Assembly: GCF_049075655.1 (NCBI RefSeq)
Contig: NZ_CP157522.1
Coordinates: 1,184,001 to 1,248,000 of the forward strand
DNA from: Methanothermococcus sp. Ax23
GTDB lineage: Archaea > AGJL01 > Methanococci > Methanococcales > Methanococcaceae
DNA: 64,000 bases
Reading direction: 5' to 3'
Of this stretch, positions 1 to 11,698 are shown one piece after another. The notes under the pieces were generated by a model. It saw only the letters and a list, made by a program, of their open reading frames with translations, made no database searches and was not told the origin of the DNA. The first letter of the stretch is position 1. Every line of letters begins with the position of its first letter. The position numbers and the translations under genes are program-made.

Positions 1-2
1 GA

Positions 3-1274
3 ATTACTTACTTAATAAGCAAAGATGTAAAGATGACAAGAGATGTGCGAGCTCCTAAAAAGGGAGAAAAAGTATTTGGAAAAACACTTTGGGGAGTAGA
101 ATTGACAAAAGAGGCAGTTTCTGACATGGTTAAAGATGTTTTAATCGGAGCTCTAAACAAGGGAAATCTAACAATTGATGATTTGCATTTTGTTGTTAGA
201 AGTACTGGGGTTACAGCAGGATTTGCATCTCCTGAGGAAATAAGCAACATGATTATAGCACTTGCAGATGGCTGTTTAAAGGCAGGAATTCCACCATCAA
301 AAATGGCTCCCGCAATGACCAAAAATCAACTTCCGAAACCTTTTGATAACTATACATTAATGGATAAGATAATATTTGATGGTGCAGTTACTGGGGTTGT
401 TCCACCAACTGGCAAGGAAGTCGTGGCAAATGAAATGGAAGGTGAGCTCGTTACAGCAGGAATAAAAGTAGGTGCAAAATGGACAGATGTTGATTTCAGA
501 AATCCATGTATGAGTATTGATTTTGGAACTACGCTTGCAGGTAGGATTACAAATGATAATAAACCTTATGCAAATGTTGTTGGAAACCTGTGCGGTTTAG
601 CTGGGGCTATTGCCGATGCCATTGTTAGAGGTAGTGGATTAGTAAATAAAAACAAAGGAGCCGCATTAGATATTAAAAAGGAAAAGGGCAAGGTAGATAT
701 AAAACTTGCTGAAAAATATGCAGAAGAGGCACATAATTATATAAAAATATGTGAAGTTCCAAAAAATATGGAAAGATTTGGAACTGTTCCGGTAAATCCT
801 GAAAGTGCAGAGAAAGCGGGAACTGCATTAATAGGTTGTGATGTTGGGGAGAATGGAAGCGATATTCCTAAACTGGAAGAGATTGGAAGAAAAGTTATGG
901 AGGAAAGCAATATTCCAACACTGCTATATACTCTTGATATAGTATCGGCTGAAATAACCAAGAAACTCGTGCAGCTTGCAAACCAAAAAGGTCTTGTAAA
1001 TGAAAAAACTGCAATTGGAATAACTGGAAGGGCAGGTATCACAGGAGATAAGCCTAAATTGATAATCGAAAAGTTAGGGGAATTAAATATTTGGGAAAAA
1101 CCAGAGGAAAATATTGTGTTTGTTGAAGATGGTCTTGCATTAGGTTCCAGCATTATGGCAAGATGTATGAATTGCCTTGGAACGCCAAAAAATCCAATTG
1201 GAGGAAATAGAGGAGATAGATGTATATTAGGTGAAAGAAGAAAATGGCAGAAACAGAGAGGAATGATAAAATAA
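3..1274 (+). CDS. Methanogenesis marker 14 protein (5' end probably outside the window)
   Basis: Frame is open from position 3 (ITYLISKDVK-MTRDVRAPK). Motifs FVVRSTGVTAGF, SIDFGTTLAGR and GITGRAGITG match the actin-like marker-14 family. Confidence 0.85.
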   Translation: MTYLISKDVKMTRDVRAPKKGEKVFGKTLWGVELTKEAVSDMVKDVLIGALNKGNLTIDDLHFVVRSTGVTAGFASPEEISNMIIALADGCLKAGIPPSKMAPAMTKNQLPKPFDNYTLMDKIIFDGAVTGVVPPTGKEVVANEMEGELVTAGIKVGAKWTDVDFRNPCMSIDFGTTLAGRITNDNKPYANVVGNLCGLAGAIADAIVRGSGLVNKNKGAALDIKKEKGKVDIKLAEKYAEEAHNYIKICEVPKNMERFGTVPVNPESAEKAGTALIGCDVGENGSDIPKLEEIGRKVMEESNIPTLLYTLDIVSAEITKKLVQLANQKGLVNEKTAIGITGRAGITGDKPKLIIEKLGELNIWEKPEENIVFVEDGLALGSSIMARCMNCLGTPKNPIGGNRGDRCILGERRKWQKQRGMIK

Positions 1275-1354
1275 AAGATAATAAAAATAATAAAAATATT
1301 ATAAAAAATAAAAATACACTTATTAATTTTTTTATAAAATTAAAAAAATATATT

Positions 1355-2323
1355 TTAATCATGAATTCCTTTTTCCGTTATTCTGAATATTGCCTCAGCA
1401 TCTGGGAGATGAGGGGAATCGTATAATTTTGCAACCCTTTTATCTCCTTTTCCTTTCCTTAAAAAGAATCTAAATGTTGCAGCGTGTCCAACGATATGTC
1501 CTCCAATTGCCTGCTCAGCAGCTCCAAAGAATGCGTCAGGTCTTGCTGAAACTTGGTTTGTAATAAGAACAATACAGTTGTGGAGGTCAGCGAGCTTATT
1601 TAAAACTGCCATATGCCTTCCAAGTTTTTGCTGTCTCTCTGCAAGTTTTCCTCTTCCAGTATATTCATTTCTAAATGTGCTTGTCAGTGAATCTACAATT
1701 ACCAACTTTATGTTGTTTCCTGATTTTATGAGCTCTTCAATTTTTTCTGCAAAAAGCATCTGCATATCTGAATTGTATGCCCTAGCTACAAATGTATTAT
1801 CAAGCACCTTTTGGCCATCTATACCAAGAGCTTCGGCCATCTGAGTAATTCTTTCAGGCCTAAATGTTCCCTCTGTATCTATATAAACTGCTTTTGGATT
1901 TGATAATTCACCATCATTTATCCATTCATCATCTGCAAAAATTGTATCCTCACATTGAAGATTTACACATGCCTGATGCATGATTTGTGTTTTCCCACTT
2001 CCAAATATGCCTGCAAATTCAGTAATGGATTGACTTTCCAATCCACCGTTTAATATCCTATTTAATTCATCACTACCTGTGGATAATCTCCATACACTCT
2101 TTCTCTGGTTTAAAAGGTCTGCACCACTTTTAAAACCTAAATCACATAATTCTCTCGCTCCCATTATCATTTTGGCAGCTGCTTTCTCGCTAATTCCTTC
2201 AATGTCTGTGAGCTCGCCAATAGTTGCAGTAGCGATTTTCATAAAATCTATATATCCAGCTTCAATAAGTTTCTCAGCAGTTGAAGGTCCTACACCAGGT
2301 AAATCTGTTAAATTATCAGTCAT
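1355..2323 (-). CDS. radA: DNA repair and recombination protein RadA
   Basis: N-terminal HhH ([12 protein letters not shown]), Walker [32 protein letters not shown]; no intein. Confidence 0.98.
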   Translation of the reverse strand: MTDNLTDLPGVGPSTAEKLIEAGYIDFMKIATATIGELTDIEGISEKAAAKMIMGARELCDLGFKSGADLLNQRKSVWRLSTGSDELNRILNGGLESQSITEFAGIFGSGKTQIMHQACVNLQCEDTIFADDEWINDGELSNPKAVYIDTEGTFRPERITQMAEALGIDGQKVLDNTFVARAYNSDMQMLFAEKIEELIKSGNNIKLVIVDSLTSTFRNEYTGRGKLAERQQKLGRHMAVLNKLADLHNCIVLITNQVSARPDAFFGAAEQAIGGHIVGHAATFRFFLRKGKGDKRVAKLYDSPHLPDAEAIFRITEKGIHD

Positions 2324-2472
2324 ATATTCACCTATATTTATTAATCATAATTATTAACGAATATTATATCAATATATTTATATTTTGAGTGATAAATATT
2401 TAACACATCTCACTAAATATAGAATATATGACGAACTATTTATAATTTTTCACTATATAAATAGGTGCAAAA

Positions 2473-3027
2473 ATGATTAAAGATGACGATTTTTTTAGAA
2501 TGGACGGCGTTCCACTTACAAAAGAAGAAATAAGGGCGATAAGCACTGGTAAATTACAATTAAAACCTGATGATGTTGTTGTTGATATTGGATGCGGTAG
2601 TGGAGGAATGACTGTTGAAATAGCCAGAAGGTGCAAATTTGTCTATGCAATCGATAGCGTAGATGACGCCATAACCACTACAAAAAAGAATTTGGAAAGA
2701 TTTAATATTAAAAATTGTGAAGTAATAAAAGGGAATGCAGAGGATGTTTTATTTGATTTAGAATTTAACAAGGCATTTATTGGTGGAACAAAAAATATAG
2801 TTAATATTTTAAATATATTAAAAGAAAAAAATGTGAAACACATTGTGGCAAATACAATAGTGCTTGAAAATGCTGTGAATATAATAAATAATTTTAATAG
2901 TGATGATGATATATATGATGTAGATGTTGTAAATGTTTCTATTAGTTATGGGAAAAAAATAAATGCGGGACATATGATGATATCAAGAAATCCTATAACT
3001 ATAATAACGTGTAAAATGAAAAAATAA
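2473..3027 (+). CDS. cbiT: Cobalt-precorrin-6B C15-methyltransferase CbiT
   Basis: MIKDDDF..GVPLTKEEIRA N-terminus and SAM motif VDIGCGSGG. Confidence 0.92.
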   Translation: MIKDDDFFRMDGVPLTKEEIRAISTGKLQLKPDDVVVDIGCGSGGMTVEIARRCKFVYAIDSVDDAITTTKKNLERFNIKNCEVIKGNAEDVLFDLEFNKAFIGGTKNIVNILNILKEKNVKHIVANTIVLENAVNIINNFNSDDDIYDVDVVNVSISYGKKINAGHMMISRNPITIITCKMKK

Positions 3028-3149
3028 AAATAATTAAAAATAACTAATAGGTATGAAATAACAATTAAAACAAATTAAAAAATATGGTATAAAAATCCAA
3101 TCTCAATTTTTATTTTAATATATTTTTACAATATAAGGGGGAAGATTTT

Positions 3150-4709
3150 ATGAAACCTACGGCTTATTTTTGTATGGAGTTTGCAATAGACCAGCCTTTA
3201 AAAACTTATGCGGGAGGATTAGGGTTCTTAGCAGGTTCCCATTTCAAAGCTGCCAAAAGATTAAAGTATCCAATTGTTGGAGTATCAATGTTATGGAGCT
3301 ACGGATATTACGACCAGGTGCGAGATAAAGAAGGCAGAATGAAGGTTGATTATATCAGAAAATATTATGAATTTTTGGATGATATCAAATTAAAAATTCC
3401 AGTAACTATAAATAACACCACAGTTTGGGTAAAGGTATATAAACTTGAAGAAGATGTGTTTGGAACATGCCCAATATACTTTTTGACAACGGACATTCCT
3501 GAAAATGACCATCTATCAAGAACAATATCCTATAATTTATACGATGGAAATAATTTAACACATATCGCCCAAGAAATTGTTTTAGGAATAGGTGGCTACA
3601 AAGTCATAAGAGAATGTGAAGATGTTAAACTGTATCATATAAATGAGGCCCATCCTCTGCCATTAGGATTTAAAATGATTGAAGAATACGGTCTTGATTA
3701 TGTAAAAGAGCATTTAGTTTTCACAACCCATACCCCAGTCCCCGCAGGAAATGAAACACAGGATATTAATCTACTTAAAAATATGGGATTCTTTGGAAAT
3801 GTTGATATAAAACTTGCTGAAAAACTTGGAGGAAATCCATTTAATTTAACTGTTGCAGCATTAAGAATGTCTAAAAGGGCAAATGCAGTTTCAAAATTAC
3901 ACAAGAAAACAACTGAAGACATGTGGAGTTGGGTAAAAGATAAATGTCCTATAACATATATAACAAATGCTCAGGATAAATATTATTGGCAGGACCCCAT
4001 TATAAGAGATGCTGCAAAAGATTATGATTATAATAAATTAAGAAAAAGAAAGATGCAAATGAAAAAATTGCTGTTTGAAGAGGTTGCTGACCAAACTGGA
4101 AAGTTATTTGACCCGAATGTAATGACGGTGGTATGGGCGAGGAGATTTGCAGGATACAAAAGACCCTACTTGCCATTGTATGATGAAAATCGACTAAGAA
4201 AACTTTTAGAGGATAAGAAAATTCAAATAATTTGGGCTGGGAAGCCACACCCAAGCGATACAAATGCTCAGATTACGTTTAATTGGATAGTGTCAAAAAC
4301 AAGGGATTTAAAAGGTGCAGCGATATTAACGGGATATGAATTAAAATTAAGCAAATTATTAAAGATGGGCTCTGATATATGGTTAAATACTCCAAAACGA
4401 CCTAATGAAGCCTCAGGAACATCCGGAATAACAGCCTCAATGAATGCCTCTATACACATGAGCTCACTTGATGGTTGGCATGTTGAATGGACTGAAATGT
4501 ATCCAGATGATAGTTTCACAATAGGAGATGGAGTGCATACAGATGATGACTATGAGGCAAAGTGCATGTATGAACAGCTTGAAAAAGCATCAAATATGTA
4601 TGATACAGATGAATGGTGGAAAAAGGCATGCGACTGTGTGAATCATGTGGTTGAATATTTCGATGCAGAGCGAATGATTAAGGAATATGCTGAAAAAATG
4701 TATAAATAA
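3150..4709 (+). CDS. glgP: Alpha-glucan (glycogen) phosphorylase, short archaeal type
   Basis: AYFCMEF, YAGGLGFLAG, HINEAHP, WARRFAGYKR, EASGTSG motifs. Confidence 0.93.
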   Translation: MKPTAYFCMEFAIDQPLKTYAGGLGFLAGSHFKAAKRLKYPIVGVSMLWSYGYYDQVRDKEGRMKVDYIRKYYEFLDDIKLKIPVTINNTTVWVKVYKLEEDVFGTCPIYFLTTDIPENDHLSRTISYNLYDGNNLTHIAQEIVLGIGGYKVIRECEDVKLYHINEAHPLPLGFKMIEEYGLDYVKEHLVFTTHTPVPAGNETQDINLLKNMGFFGNVDIKLAEKLGGNPFNLTVAALRMSKRANAVSKLHKKTTEDMWSWVKDKCPITYITNAQDKYYWQDPIIRDAAKDYDYNKLRKRKMQMKKLLFEEVADQTGKLFDPNVMTVVWARRFAGYKRPYLPLYDENRLRKLLEDKKIQIIWAGKPHPSDTNAQITFNWIVSKTRDLKGAAILTGYELKLSKLLKMGSDIWLNTPKRPNEASGTSGITASMNASIHMSSLDGWHVEWTEMYPDDSFTIGDGVHTDDDYEAKCMYEQLEKASNMYDTDEWWKKACDCVNHVVEYFDAERMIKEYAEKMYK

Positions 4710-4811
4710 AATATATCATTTACTTTTTTTATAATTATTATTTAGCATTGTTATCTATTCCATCGATTCATTTTTATAACTTTAAATTTATTTTATTTTT
4801 TTGGTGATTTA

Positions 4812-6845
4812 ATGGATAGAGGCATTTATGAATTTAGAGAATATTATAAAAATAAATTTCCATACTACAATATAAGAGCTCAGCAAATAAAGATGATGGA
4901 AACCATATTTAACAGCGTGAATAATAAAAAGAATTTGGTGGTTGAAGCACCAACAGGAGTTGGAAAAACCCTTTCATATCTCATTCCATCGCTATATTTT
5001 GCAGAGAAGGGAAAAAGAGTTATGGTACTTACTGAAACAATTGACCAACAGGAAAGAATTTTTGAAGATTTGAATTCACTGAAACACAATTTAAAAGTAT
5101 CCTTTATGATGGGAAAAGGCAATTTCTTCTGCAAATCAAAAGGAGATAAAGCGAATAGACTATACTGTCAATTAAATAAAAAATGTCCCCACAGACCAAA
5201 TAAAAAACCATACTGTGTATGTGGAACAAAAAAGGAACCCCTTACAATAGACGGGATTACAAAATATTTCTGTCCATTTTGTATATGCGATTATCAAAAA
5301 TCAAAAATTGAATGCCTAAATGCCGATATAGTTGTAATGAACAACAGCATCTACTACTACATAAAGGAAGAAATTGATGCAAAAAGAAACACTGATATAA
5401 TAATCTGCGATGAGGCTCATAAGCTTGAAGGGAGCATAAGAAATTCCGCAACCATATCTATAAATCCAGAGATAGCACTTAACAGACTGAGGTTTATGGC
5501 ATACCATTTTGCGCCAAATACTTTGAGGAAGTATTTTAAACGACTTAGCGATAAATACAACAGCAATAACAATTCAAATAATTTAAATATATATAATGAT
5601 GAATATAACGAAGGTTTTTGGAAGATTATTCACAATTATGTCTCAAATTATGCAAATATTGAGGATTGTAAAAATACATTGATATTTGATGGAGAACACA
5701 TTACTTCTTGGAAGTTAAAGGAGGATGTGGCAATATTGGGAACTCTTTTAGATGGATACTATCAAATATTGGATATAAAGAAAAAAATAGAATCTCTTGA
5801 AGAAAATAAAGAACTGGATAAAAAAGACCTTAAATTTAAGATAGATAATAAGGCACTGGTTCCTTTGGAATTTCAATTTATATTCAATAAAAAAATATCT
5901 GATATGCCACTTATGGAGTTTATAGACAATATAAAGAACTTAAAAACTACAAACAGCAACTTTGTAATATACAGGAATGGGAGCTCACTACTATGTGAGC
6001 CAGTCCTTGTTTCATCCTACCTTAAAAAACTTTATGGAGATGCAACAGTAATACATTGTTCAGCCACTATTGGAAATTTAAAGGTTCATGCCCTTAAAAC
6101 TGGAATGGGGGCGTCCAATACACTTGTTTTAGATAGTCCTTTTTCGGAGCTCAGGAAAAAAATCATCGCTCTAAGTGATGGAGAGGATATGAAGTATGAC
6201 GGTAGAAAAGAATTAAAACGAAAAAAGGCAAATGAAAATATATTTAAACTGTTAAAATCTGCAAAATGCAACAGTTTGGTATTGTTTAAAAGCTTTGAGG
6301 ATTTAAACAGTACATACAAATATTTAATAAATAACAGCAACAAATTGAATCAACAAATATATTGTTATGAGTCAGGCATGGATGGAAAGGAGGCTAAGGA
6401 ATTAAAGGAACGCTTTGAAAGAGACGGAGGAATACTTCTTGCAACAGGAAGATTTGCCGAAGGTGTGGATATACCGGGAGACGCCTTAACAATGGTGATA
6501 ATTGACAGCCTTCCTTTTCCAGTTCCAACACCCTTATTGAATCGTGAGCAGAAACTACTTGAAGAGGGATTGAAAAAGAAAAATGTAAGTAGTAAAAATG
6601 CCCATTGGACGGCGTTTTTAATGACTTCATTCCATATTATGTCAAGAACAATCGTTCAGATGATTGGTAGATTGATTAGAACTGAGGATGATTACGGCGT
6701 TGTGGTTGTTCAGGATAAGAGATTCAATGATTGGGTTGCCGAGGAGATGAAAAAAAGAGGATATTTAAAGGATAATTATGTATCTATGAATATAGACAAA
6801 GCAGTTGAATATATCCCTAAGTTTTTGAATGATTTTAAATCTTAG
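4812..6845 (+). CDS. DinG/XPD-family ATP-dependent DNA helicase
   Basis: EAPTGVGKT, DEAH, EGVD, SLPFP and QMIGRLIRTEDDYG motifs; Cys-rich insertion. Confidence 0.9.
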   Translation: MDRGIYEFREYYKNKFPYYNIRAQQIKMMETIFNSVNNKKNLVVEAPTGVGKTLSYLIPSLYFAEKGKRVMVLTETIDQQERIFEDLNSLKHNLKVSFMMGKGNFFCKSKGDKANRLYCQLNKKCPHRPNKKPYCVCGTKKEPLTIDGITKYFCPFCICDYQKSKIECLNADIVVMNNSIYYYIKEEIDAKRNTDIIICDEAHKLEGSIRNSATISINPEIALNRLRFMAYHFAPNTLRKYFKRLSDKYNSNNNSNNLNIYNDEYNEGFWKIIHNYVSNYANIEDCKNTLIFDGEHITSWKLKEDVAILGTLLDGYYQILDIKKKIESLEENKELDKKDLKFKIDNKALVPLEFQFIFNKKISDMPLMEFIDNIKNLKTTNSNFVIYRNGSSLLCEPVLVSSYLKKLYGDATVIHCSATIGNLKVHALKTGMGASNTLVLDSPFSELRKKIIALSDGEDMKYDGRKELKRKKANENIFKLLKSAKCNSLVLFKSFEDLNSTYKYLINNSNKLNQQIYCYESGMDGKEAKELKERFERDGGILLATGRFAEGVDIPGDALTMVIIDSLPFPVPTPLLNREQKLLEEGLKKKNVSSKNAHWTAFLMTSFHIMSRTIVQMIGRLIRTEDDYGVVVVQDKRFNDWVAEEMKKRGYLKDNYVSMNIDKAVEYIPKFLNDFKS

Positions 6846-6961
6846 TAAATGAATAAAATAAAATTATTTATTAATTATTATTGATATTATTGGTATTATT
6901 CATTGTCATTAATATTATTAGTATTTATTAACCATTATTTAACTATTTATTCGGTGATAAA

Positions 6962-7939
6962 ATGATTACAGTTGGAATAGACCATGGAACATCGGGTATA
7001 AAGGCATGTATAAGGGAAAATAATAAAAACACATTTTTTAAAATGGGAAGGACTGAATTAAAAAATAAATCTTTTTTAGAGGAATTAAAAAATTATATCA
7101 ATTTAAAGGATATAGACCTTATTTCAGTATGCTACTCTATGGGAGATGGGATAAATAAAATACTTCCGATAGAGAAGGTAAAAAACAGAGGAGTAATAAA
7201 CATAGAAGGAGTTGGAGAAAAAATAGGCGGAGGAACAAAGGTTTATGATGAAATAAAAAACTCAGGGATTCCTGCGGTAGTAATTCCCGGACTGCATAAA
7301 AATACGGAATGTATGGATGAAAGATTCAGAGCTCTATTCTCTCATGTGGCATCACCAGAAAAAATATCCATAGCATACACAGCATATAAAACATTTGGAT
7401 TTAATGATTTTATATTATCGGATATTTCTTCAAATACTGTGAGCCTATTAATAAAGGATAAAAAGATTTTTGGGGGATTCGATGCCTGTATTGGTGCCAT
7501 AGGGCTATTACATGGTCCAATCGATTTGGAGATGATAAGGGACATCGACAGCCACAAAATCACAGCAAATGAAGCATTTTCAACTGCTGGGGCGATAAAA
7601 ATAGTTAGGGATAGATACAAAGGTGTAGAGGATACTAAGGCAGAAATTTTAAAAAACTACAAAACAGATGAAAGATGCCGCCTTGCAATAGATTCCCTTA
7701 TTTTAAGCGTTGCTATGGAAATAAGTTCCCTAATGTTCTTAAATAAAGGTAAAAATATAATTTTAGCAGGTTCTATTGCTACTACGGAAGAATATGAAGT
7801 TCCAGAGAAATTAAAAGAATATTTAGGTGGAAATGTATTTGTTTTGGAGGGGGAAAGCGGAGCTCTTGGGGGAGCTCTGATAGCTGAGGATATATTGAAA
7901 GGGGAAAGAGATATTTTAGGAATAAGTGTGGATTACTAA
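6962..7939 (+). CDS. Methanogenesis marker 12 protein
   Basis: VGIDHGTSG, YSMGDG, SDISSNTV, HGPIDLEMIR motifs. Confidence 0.88.
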   Translation: MITVGIDHGTSGIKACIRENNKNTFFKMGRTELKNKSFLEELKNYINLKDIDLISVCYSMGDGINKILPIEKVKNRGVINIEGVGEKIGGGTKVYDEIKNSGIPAVVIPGLHKNTECMDERFRALFSHVASPEKISIAYTAYKTFGFNDFILSDISSNTVSLLIKDKKIFGGFDACIGAIGLLHGPIDLEMIRDIDSHKITANEAFSTAGAIKIVRDRYKGVEDTKAEILKNYKTDERCRLAIDSLILSVAMEISSLMFLNKGKNIILAGSIATTEEYEVPEKLKEYLGGNVFVLEGESGALGGALIAEDILKGERDILGISVDY

Positions 7940-7952
7940 CACTATTCTTTTT

Positions 7953-9182
7953 TTATTTTTTCCTTTTTCTTATGCTTTTTAAACTTCGTTTTTTAACGAT
8001 TAACGGCGTTCTTTCCACTTCCAGCCCGTCGCTTGTTGGGTATCTCTCGGAAATATAGGCACTGAAATTTATATCATAATCTATATTTTTTAATTCGTCA
8101 ATCAAATCCTCCAAAACATAAGAATTTAAATATAAATTATTGCCGTTTATTTCATACGGAATTTCGTTATATTCTAATATATCAATTATTTCATTAATAT
8201 CATCCAAATTTTTAAAGGATATTATGCCCCTTAATATTAGCCCTTCATCAGTGATTATGTCATAATCCTTTGCTATGTTTTTTGCTCTATTTATAAGTCG
8301 ATTTTTCATCTGTATGCCGTCTTTTAAAGCAGATGGGCAGTAATGGATAATAAGGTTAAATCCATAATTGTTATCTTCGCTTTCTTCTTCTTTTTTCTTT
8401 TCCCCTTTTTCTTTGAAATAATTAATTACCTTTTGGGCTGTTTCTTCACTCCCTAAAATCTCTGATGCAAAATCGTTTTTTTCTGTAAATCCTTTCTCTT
8501 TTAAAATGTTGTAGTTGGTTTCAGAGTATTCCAATTCGTTAATATTTAGGAATTTTACGCCGATTTTGTTCAATTCTTCCGCTAAATAAATAATCTCTTC
8601 TTTATAGTTTGGTATTGCAGGGATTTCTACGCCCACATCTTTTATATATTCAATACATAATTTTAACTTATTTAGGAAATCATCCATGTAGTTTTTAAAC
8701 TCATCACTATCAAAGTCTTTTTTGCTGTATCTGTTGAAGAATTTTGTAGGATGAAGCCTTATTTCATCGAGTCCTGCCTCTTTAAGCATTTTTAATTTAT
8801 CCTCATCCAAATGAGTTGGTGTTGTGTATAAATGAGCGTGAAAGTTTGAGCCTTTAAATTCATTTTTCAGAGCTCCGATATATTCGCAGGTTCGTTCTAT
8901 TTTTAACAGTGGATTACCGCCAGTAATGCCTACTCCTTTACTTCCGCATAGGTGAGCTTCGTCAATAGCTTCTTCAACTGAGTTTATTTTCCGTTCGTTT
9001 GCATAGATAACATCTTTTTCTTTTCTGTTCTCTGAAACTGGGCAGTAAAAGCAGTTCTCGCCACATAGCCCTGTAATGAATAAAACGAGCTTTTCTCCTT
9101 TTATACAGTATTGACATCCAACTGGAAGGTTTTTAATATTTTTAAATAAACATCTTTGTAAGTCTTCAATATCCATAATCAT
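7953..9182 (-). CDS. Radical SAM protein of unknown function
   Basis: CxxxCxxC (CGENCFYC), GVGITGGNP, GLDEIRLHP. Confidence 0.88.
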   Translation of the reverse strand: MIMDIEDLQRCLFKNIKNLPVGCQYCIKGEKLVLFITGLCGENCFYCPVSENRKEKDVIYANERKINSVEEAIDEAHLCGSKGVGITGGNPLLKIERTCEYIGALKNEFKGSNFHAHLYTTPTHLDEDKLKMLKEAGLDEIRLHPTKFFNRYSKKDFDSDEFKNYMDDFLNKLKLCIEYIKDVGVEIPAIPNYKEEIIYLAEELNKIGVKFLNINELEYSETNYNILKEKGFTEKNDFASEILGSEETAQKVINYFKEKGEKKKEEESEDNNYGFNLIIHYCPSALKDGIQMKNRLINRAKNIAKDYDIITDEGLILRGIISFKNLDDINEIIDILEYNEIPYEINGNNLYLNSYVLEDLIDELKNIDYDINFSAYISERYPTSDGLEVERTPLIVKKRSLKSIRKRKK

Positions 9183-9196
9183 ACCTTAATTTATTT

Positions 9197-9955
9197 TTAT
9201 TTAATTTCTTCTAAAATCATATTCAGCAATTTTTCATCATTTGCAACAATTATATTATATCTATCTGTTGCGTTTAAATCGAATTTGAATTTAAATTCAT
9301 CTCCGTTTTCATCGGTAATTATTGCCCCAGCTTCCTTACAAATAATATAGGAAGATGCAATGTCCGTTGTTCTCACATAGGGTCTTATGTCAAATATACC
9401 ATCGAGAGCTCCCCTTGCAACATACGCCATCTCGATACCAAATGCCCCCATAATCCTTACCCGCCTAACCTTTCCGATTAAATTTAAATTTTTCCTTGAA
9501 TAATAACTTATTACCGCTTCTTTTTCATTGTATTCCTTTACCTTGATTTTTTCCCCATTTAAAAATGCTCCCTTCCCAGCAAATGCTTCATAGGTGTTTT
9601 TTGTTAAGAATTCATAGGTTAAACCATAATAGGGATTGTTATCTTTGAATACTGCAAAACAAAATCCAAAACATGGAAATCCCGTTGTAAAATTAAAGGA
9701 ACCGTCTATTGGGTCGATTACCACAGTCCATTCACTATTGTTATCTATTGTCCCAGTTTCTTCGCTCACGATATTAACATTTAATGGTTTTAAGTGTTTT
9801 AAAACATTATCTTCACTTATTCTATCCACTAACTCGGTAGTGTCTCCGCTTGGGGAATATCCGACAATTTTGGCTCCTTCTTTTTTACCAAAATATGGCA
9901 TTACATCTTTTTCAATTTCTTTTGCTATTTTCAATCCGAGCTCATTCCAGTTCAT
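9197..9955 (-). CDS. suhB: Bifunctional inositol monophosphatase / fructose-1,6-bisphosphatase
   Basis: IVSEE, VIDPIDGSFNF and DIASSYII motifs. Confidence 0.92.
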   Translation of the reverse strand: MNWNELGLKIAKEIEKDVMPYFGKKEGAKIVGYSPSGDTTELVDRISEDNVLKHLKPLNVNIVSEETGTIDNNSEWTVVIDPIDGSFNFTTGFPCFGFCFAVFKDNNPYYGLTYEFLTKNTYEAFAGKGAFLNGEKIKVKEYNEKEAVISYYSRKNLNLIGKVRRVRIMGAFGIEMAYVARGALDGIFDIRPYVRTTDIASSYIICKEAGAIITDENGDEFKFKFDLNATDRYNIIVANDEKLLNMILEEIK

Positions 9956-10121
9956 ATTTTCTCCTTCATTTTTAATGGATTATTAATTCTTAAAAAATAA
10001 AAAATAACTTGTAATATACTAAATATAATATTTATCAACGGTACTTAAAATAATATTTGAAAAATAAAATTTTTTGATATTATCGGTGGATTTCTTTTCT
10101 ATTGCTATTGGTGTAAATATA

Positions 10122-11423
10122 TTAATTGCTATTCAAATACTCTTCTATCTTCTCCGCAAGGATTTCATAAGTCCATTTTAATTTATTTTCATCCCTTTCA
10201 AGAAGTGTTGTTCTAAATCCATTTAGTTCAGAGTTAAAGGACGACATCGGAACAATACATAAACCTGATGATGCCAGCAAATTATAAACAAATCTCATAT
10301 CATGAGGTTTTCCCTTTGATATTTCATCAACATATTTTCTGAGCTCAGGGTTTTCTATTTTTAGCTTTTGATTATCATTTAAATATTCTTCGTCAAACAC
10401 GACCCCCATGTAAAAGGCACCGTTTGTTTTATTTACGATGAGCCCATCAATAGGTTTTAATTTATTGTATGCAAAGTTTGAAGCTTTTTCATAGTAATTT
10501 CTTCTTTCATCCAAGTATTTATGGAATTTCGGATTGCTCATAATCTTAGGTATGACCTTTTGAGGTAAGGTTGTAGAGCACACTTCAATCATCTTAAATT
10601 TACAGATACCTTCAACATATTTTTTAAATATTGGGTCTTTATCTGCGTTATAGGTTTCCATCCATCCACATCTTGCACCAGGCCACGGGAGCTCCTTTGA
10701 TATTCCCTTTAAAGATATTCCGCACACATCATCTATTACTTCTGATAAGTATGTGTGCTTTTTGCCATCATAAACTAAATGATGGTATATCTCATCGCAT
10801 AGTATAAACAAATCGTATTCATTTGCAATATCTACAACTTCATCCAATACATTTTTTGAATAAACTGCACCAGTTGGGTTTCCGGGGTTTATTACCAATA
10901 TTCCAGATACTGAGGGGTTGTATTTAACCTTATTTCTTAAATCGTCCATATCAGGATACCAGTTGTTGTTTTCATCCATCTTATACATAAGGGGCGGGCA
11001 TCTTGCATGTAGTCCTTCTGCTGATGAATGGGTTGGATATGCGGGCGAAGGTCCAATTACTCTTGATTCCTTTTTTAATAATCCATATATTTTTGTAATT
11101 GCATCACCAAGCCCATTGAAAAATATTATATCATCTGCTGTAATCTGAGCTCCGTTCTTTTTATTGTTCTCTTCTGCAAGAAATTCCCTAGTCTCTAAAA
11201 GTCCCTTTGTTGGGCAGTATATGTATGAATCATCTTCCATAACTGTTTCTGCAATTATCTCTTTTATCCAGTCTGGAACTTTCTCTCCCTTTATAATCGG
11301 GTCTCCTATGTTTTCCCATGTAATGTTTAGTCCGTAGCTCTCCACTTTTTTTGCAACTTCAACAATTTCTCTTATTTCATAGGTGAGCTCGGTTGCTCCT
11401 TCGTGTATAATATTTGTTCTCAT
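10122..11423 (-). CDS. PLP-dependent class I/II aminotransferase
   Basis: WENIGDP, INPGNPTGAVY, CDEIY, GISKELPWPGARCGW. Confidence 0.9.
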   Translation of the reverse strand: MRTNIIHEGATELTYEIREIVEVAKKVESYGLNITWENIGDPIIKGEKVPDWIKEIIAETVMEDDSYIYCPTKGLLETREFLAEENNKKNGAQITADDIIFFNGLGDAITKIYGLLKKESRVIGPSPAYPTHSSAEGLHARCPPLMYKMDENNNWYPDMDDLRNKVKYNPSVSGILVINPGNPTGAVYSKNVLDEVVDIANEYDLFILCDEIYHHLVYDGKKHTYLSEVIDDVCGISLKGISKELPWPGARCGWMETYNADKDPIFKKYVEGICKFKMIEVCSTTLPQKVIPKIMSNPKFHKYLDERRNYYEKASNFAYNKLKPIDGLIVNKTNGAFYMGVVFDEEYLNDNQKLKIENPELRKYVDEISKGKPHDMRFVYNLLASSGLCIVPMSSFNSELNGFRTTLLERDENKLKWTYEILAEKIEEYLNSN

Positions 11424-11698
11424 CCTATCACATTGTTATATTATTATTGATTTTATTATTATTTTCATTTATGTTAAATAGAGTCCTATTTAATTACCTT
11501 TCCTTAAAAAATTAAATGTATTTAAGGAAAAATGAGTTTATAGTATATAATACTTTCGATTATTTAATTAAAATAGAGCGGTATTATATAACAGGTATTT
11601 TTTATATATTTCTAAAAAATAGCATATTAATGGTTATTATATAAAAATTTAAATAATAATAGGTATTATTTAATTTCATACATAAATTGGTGAAAAAC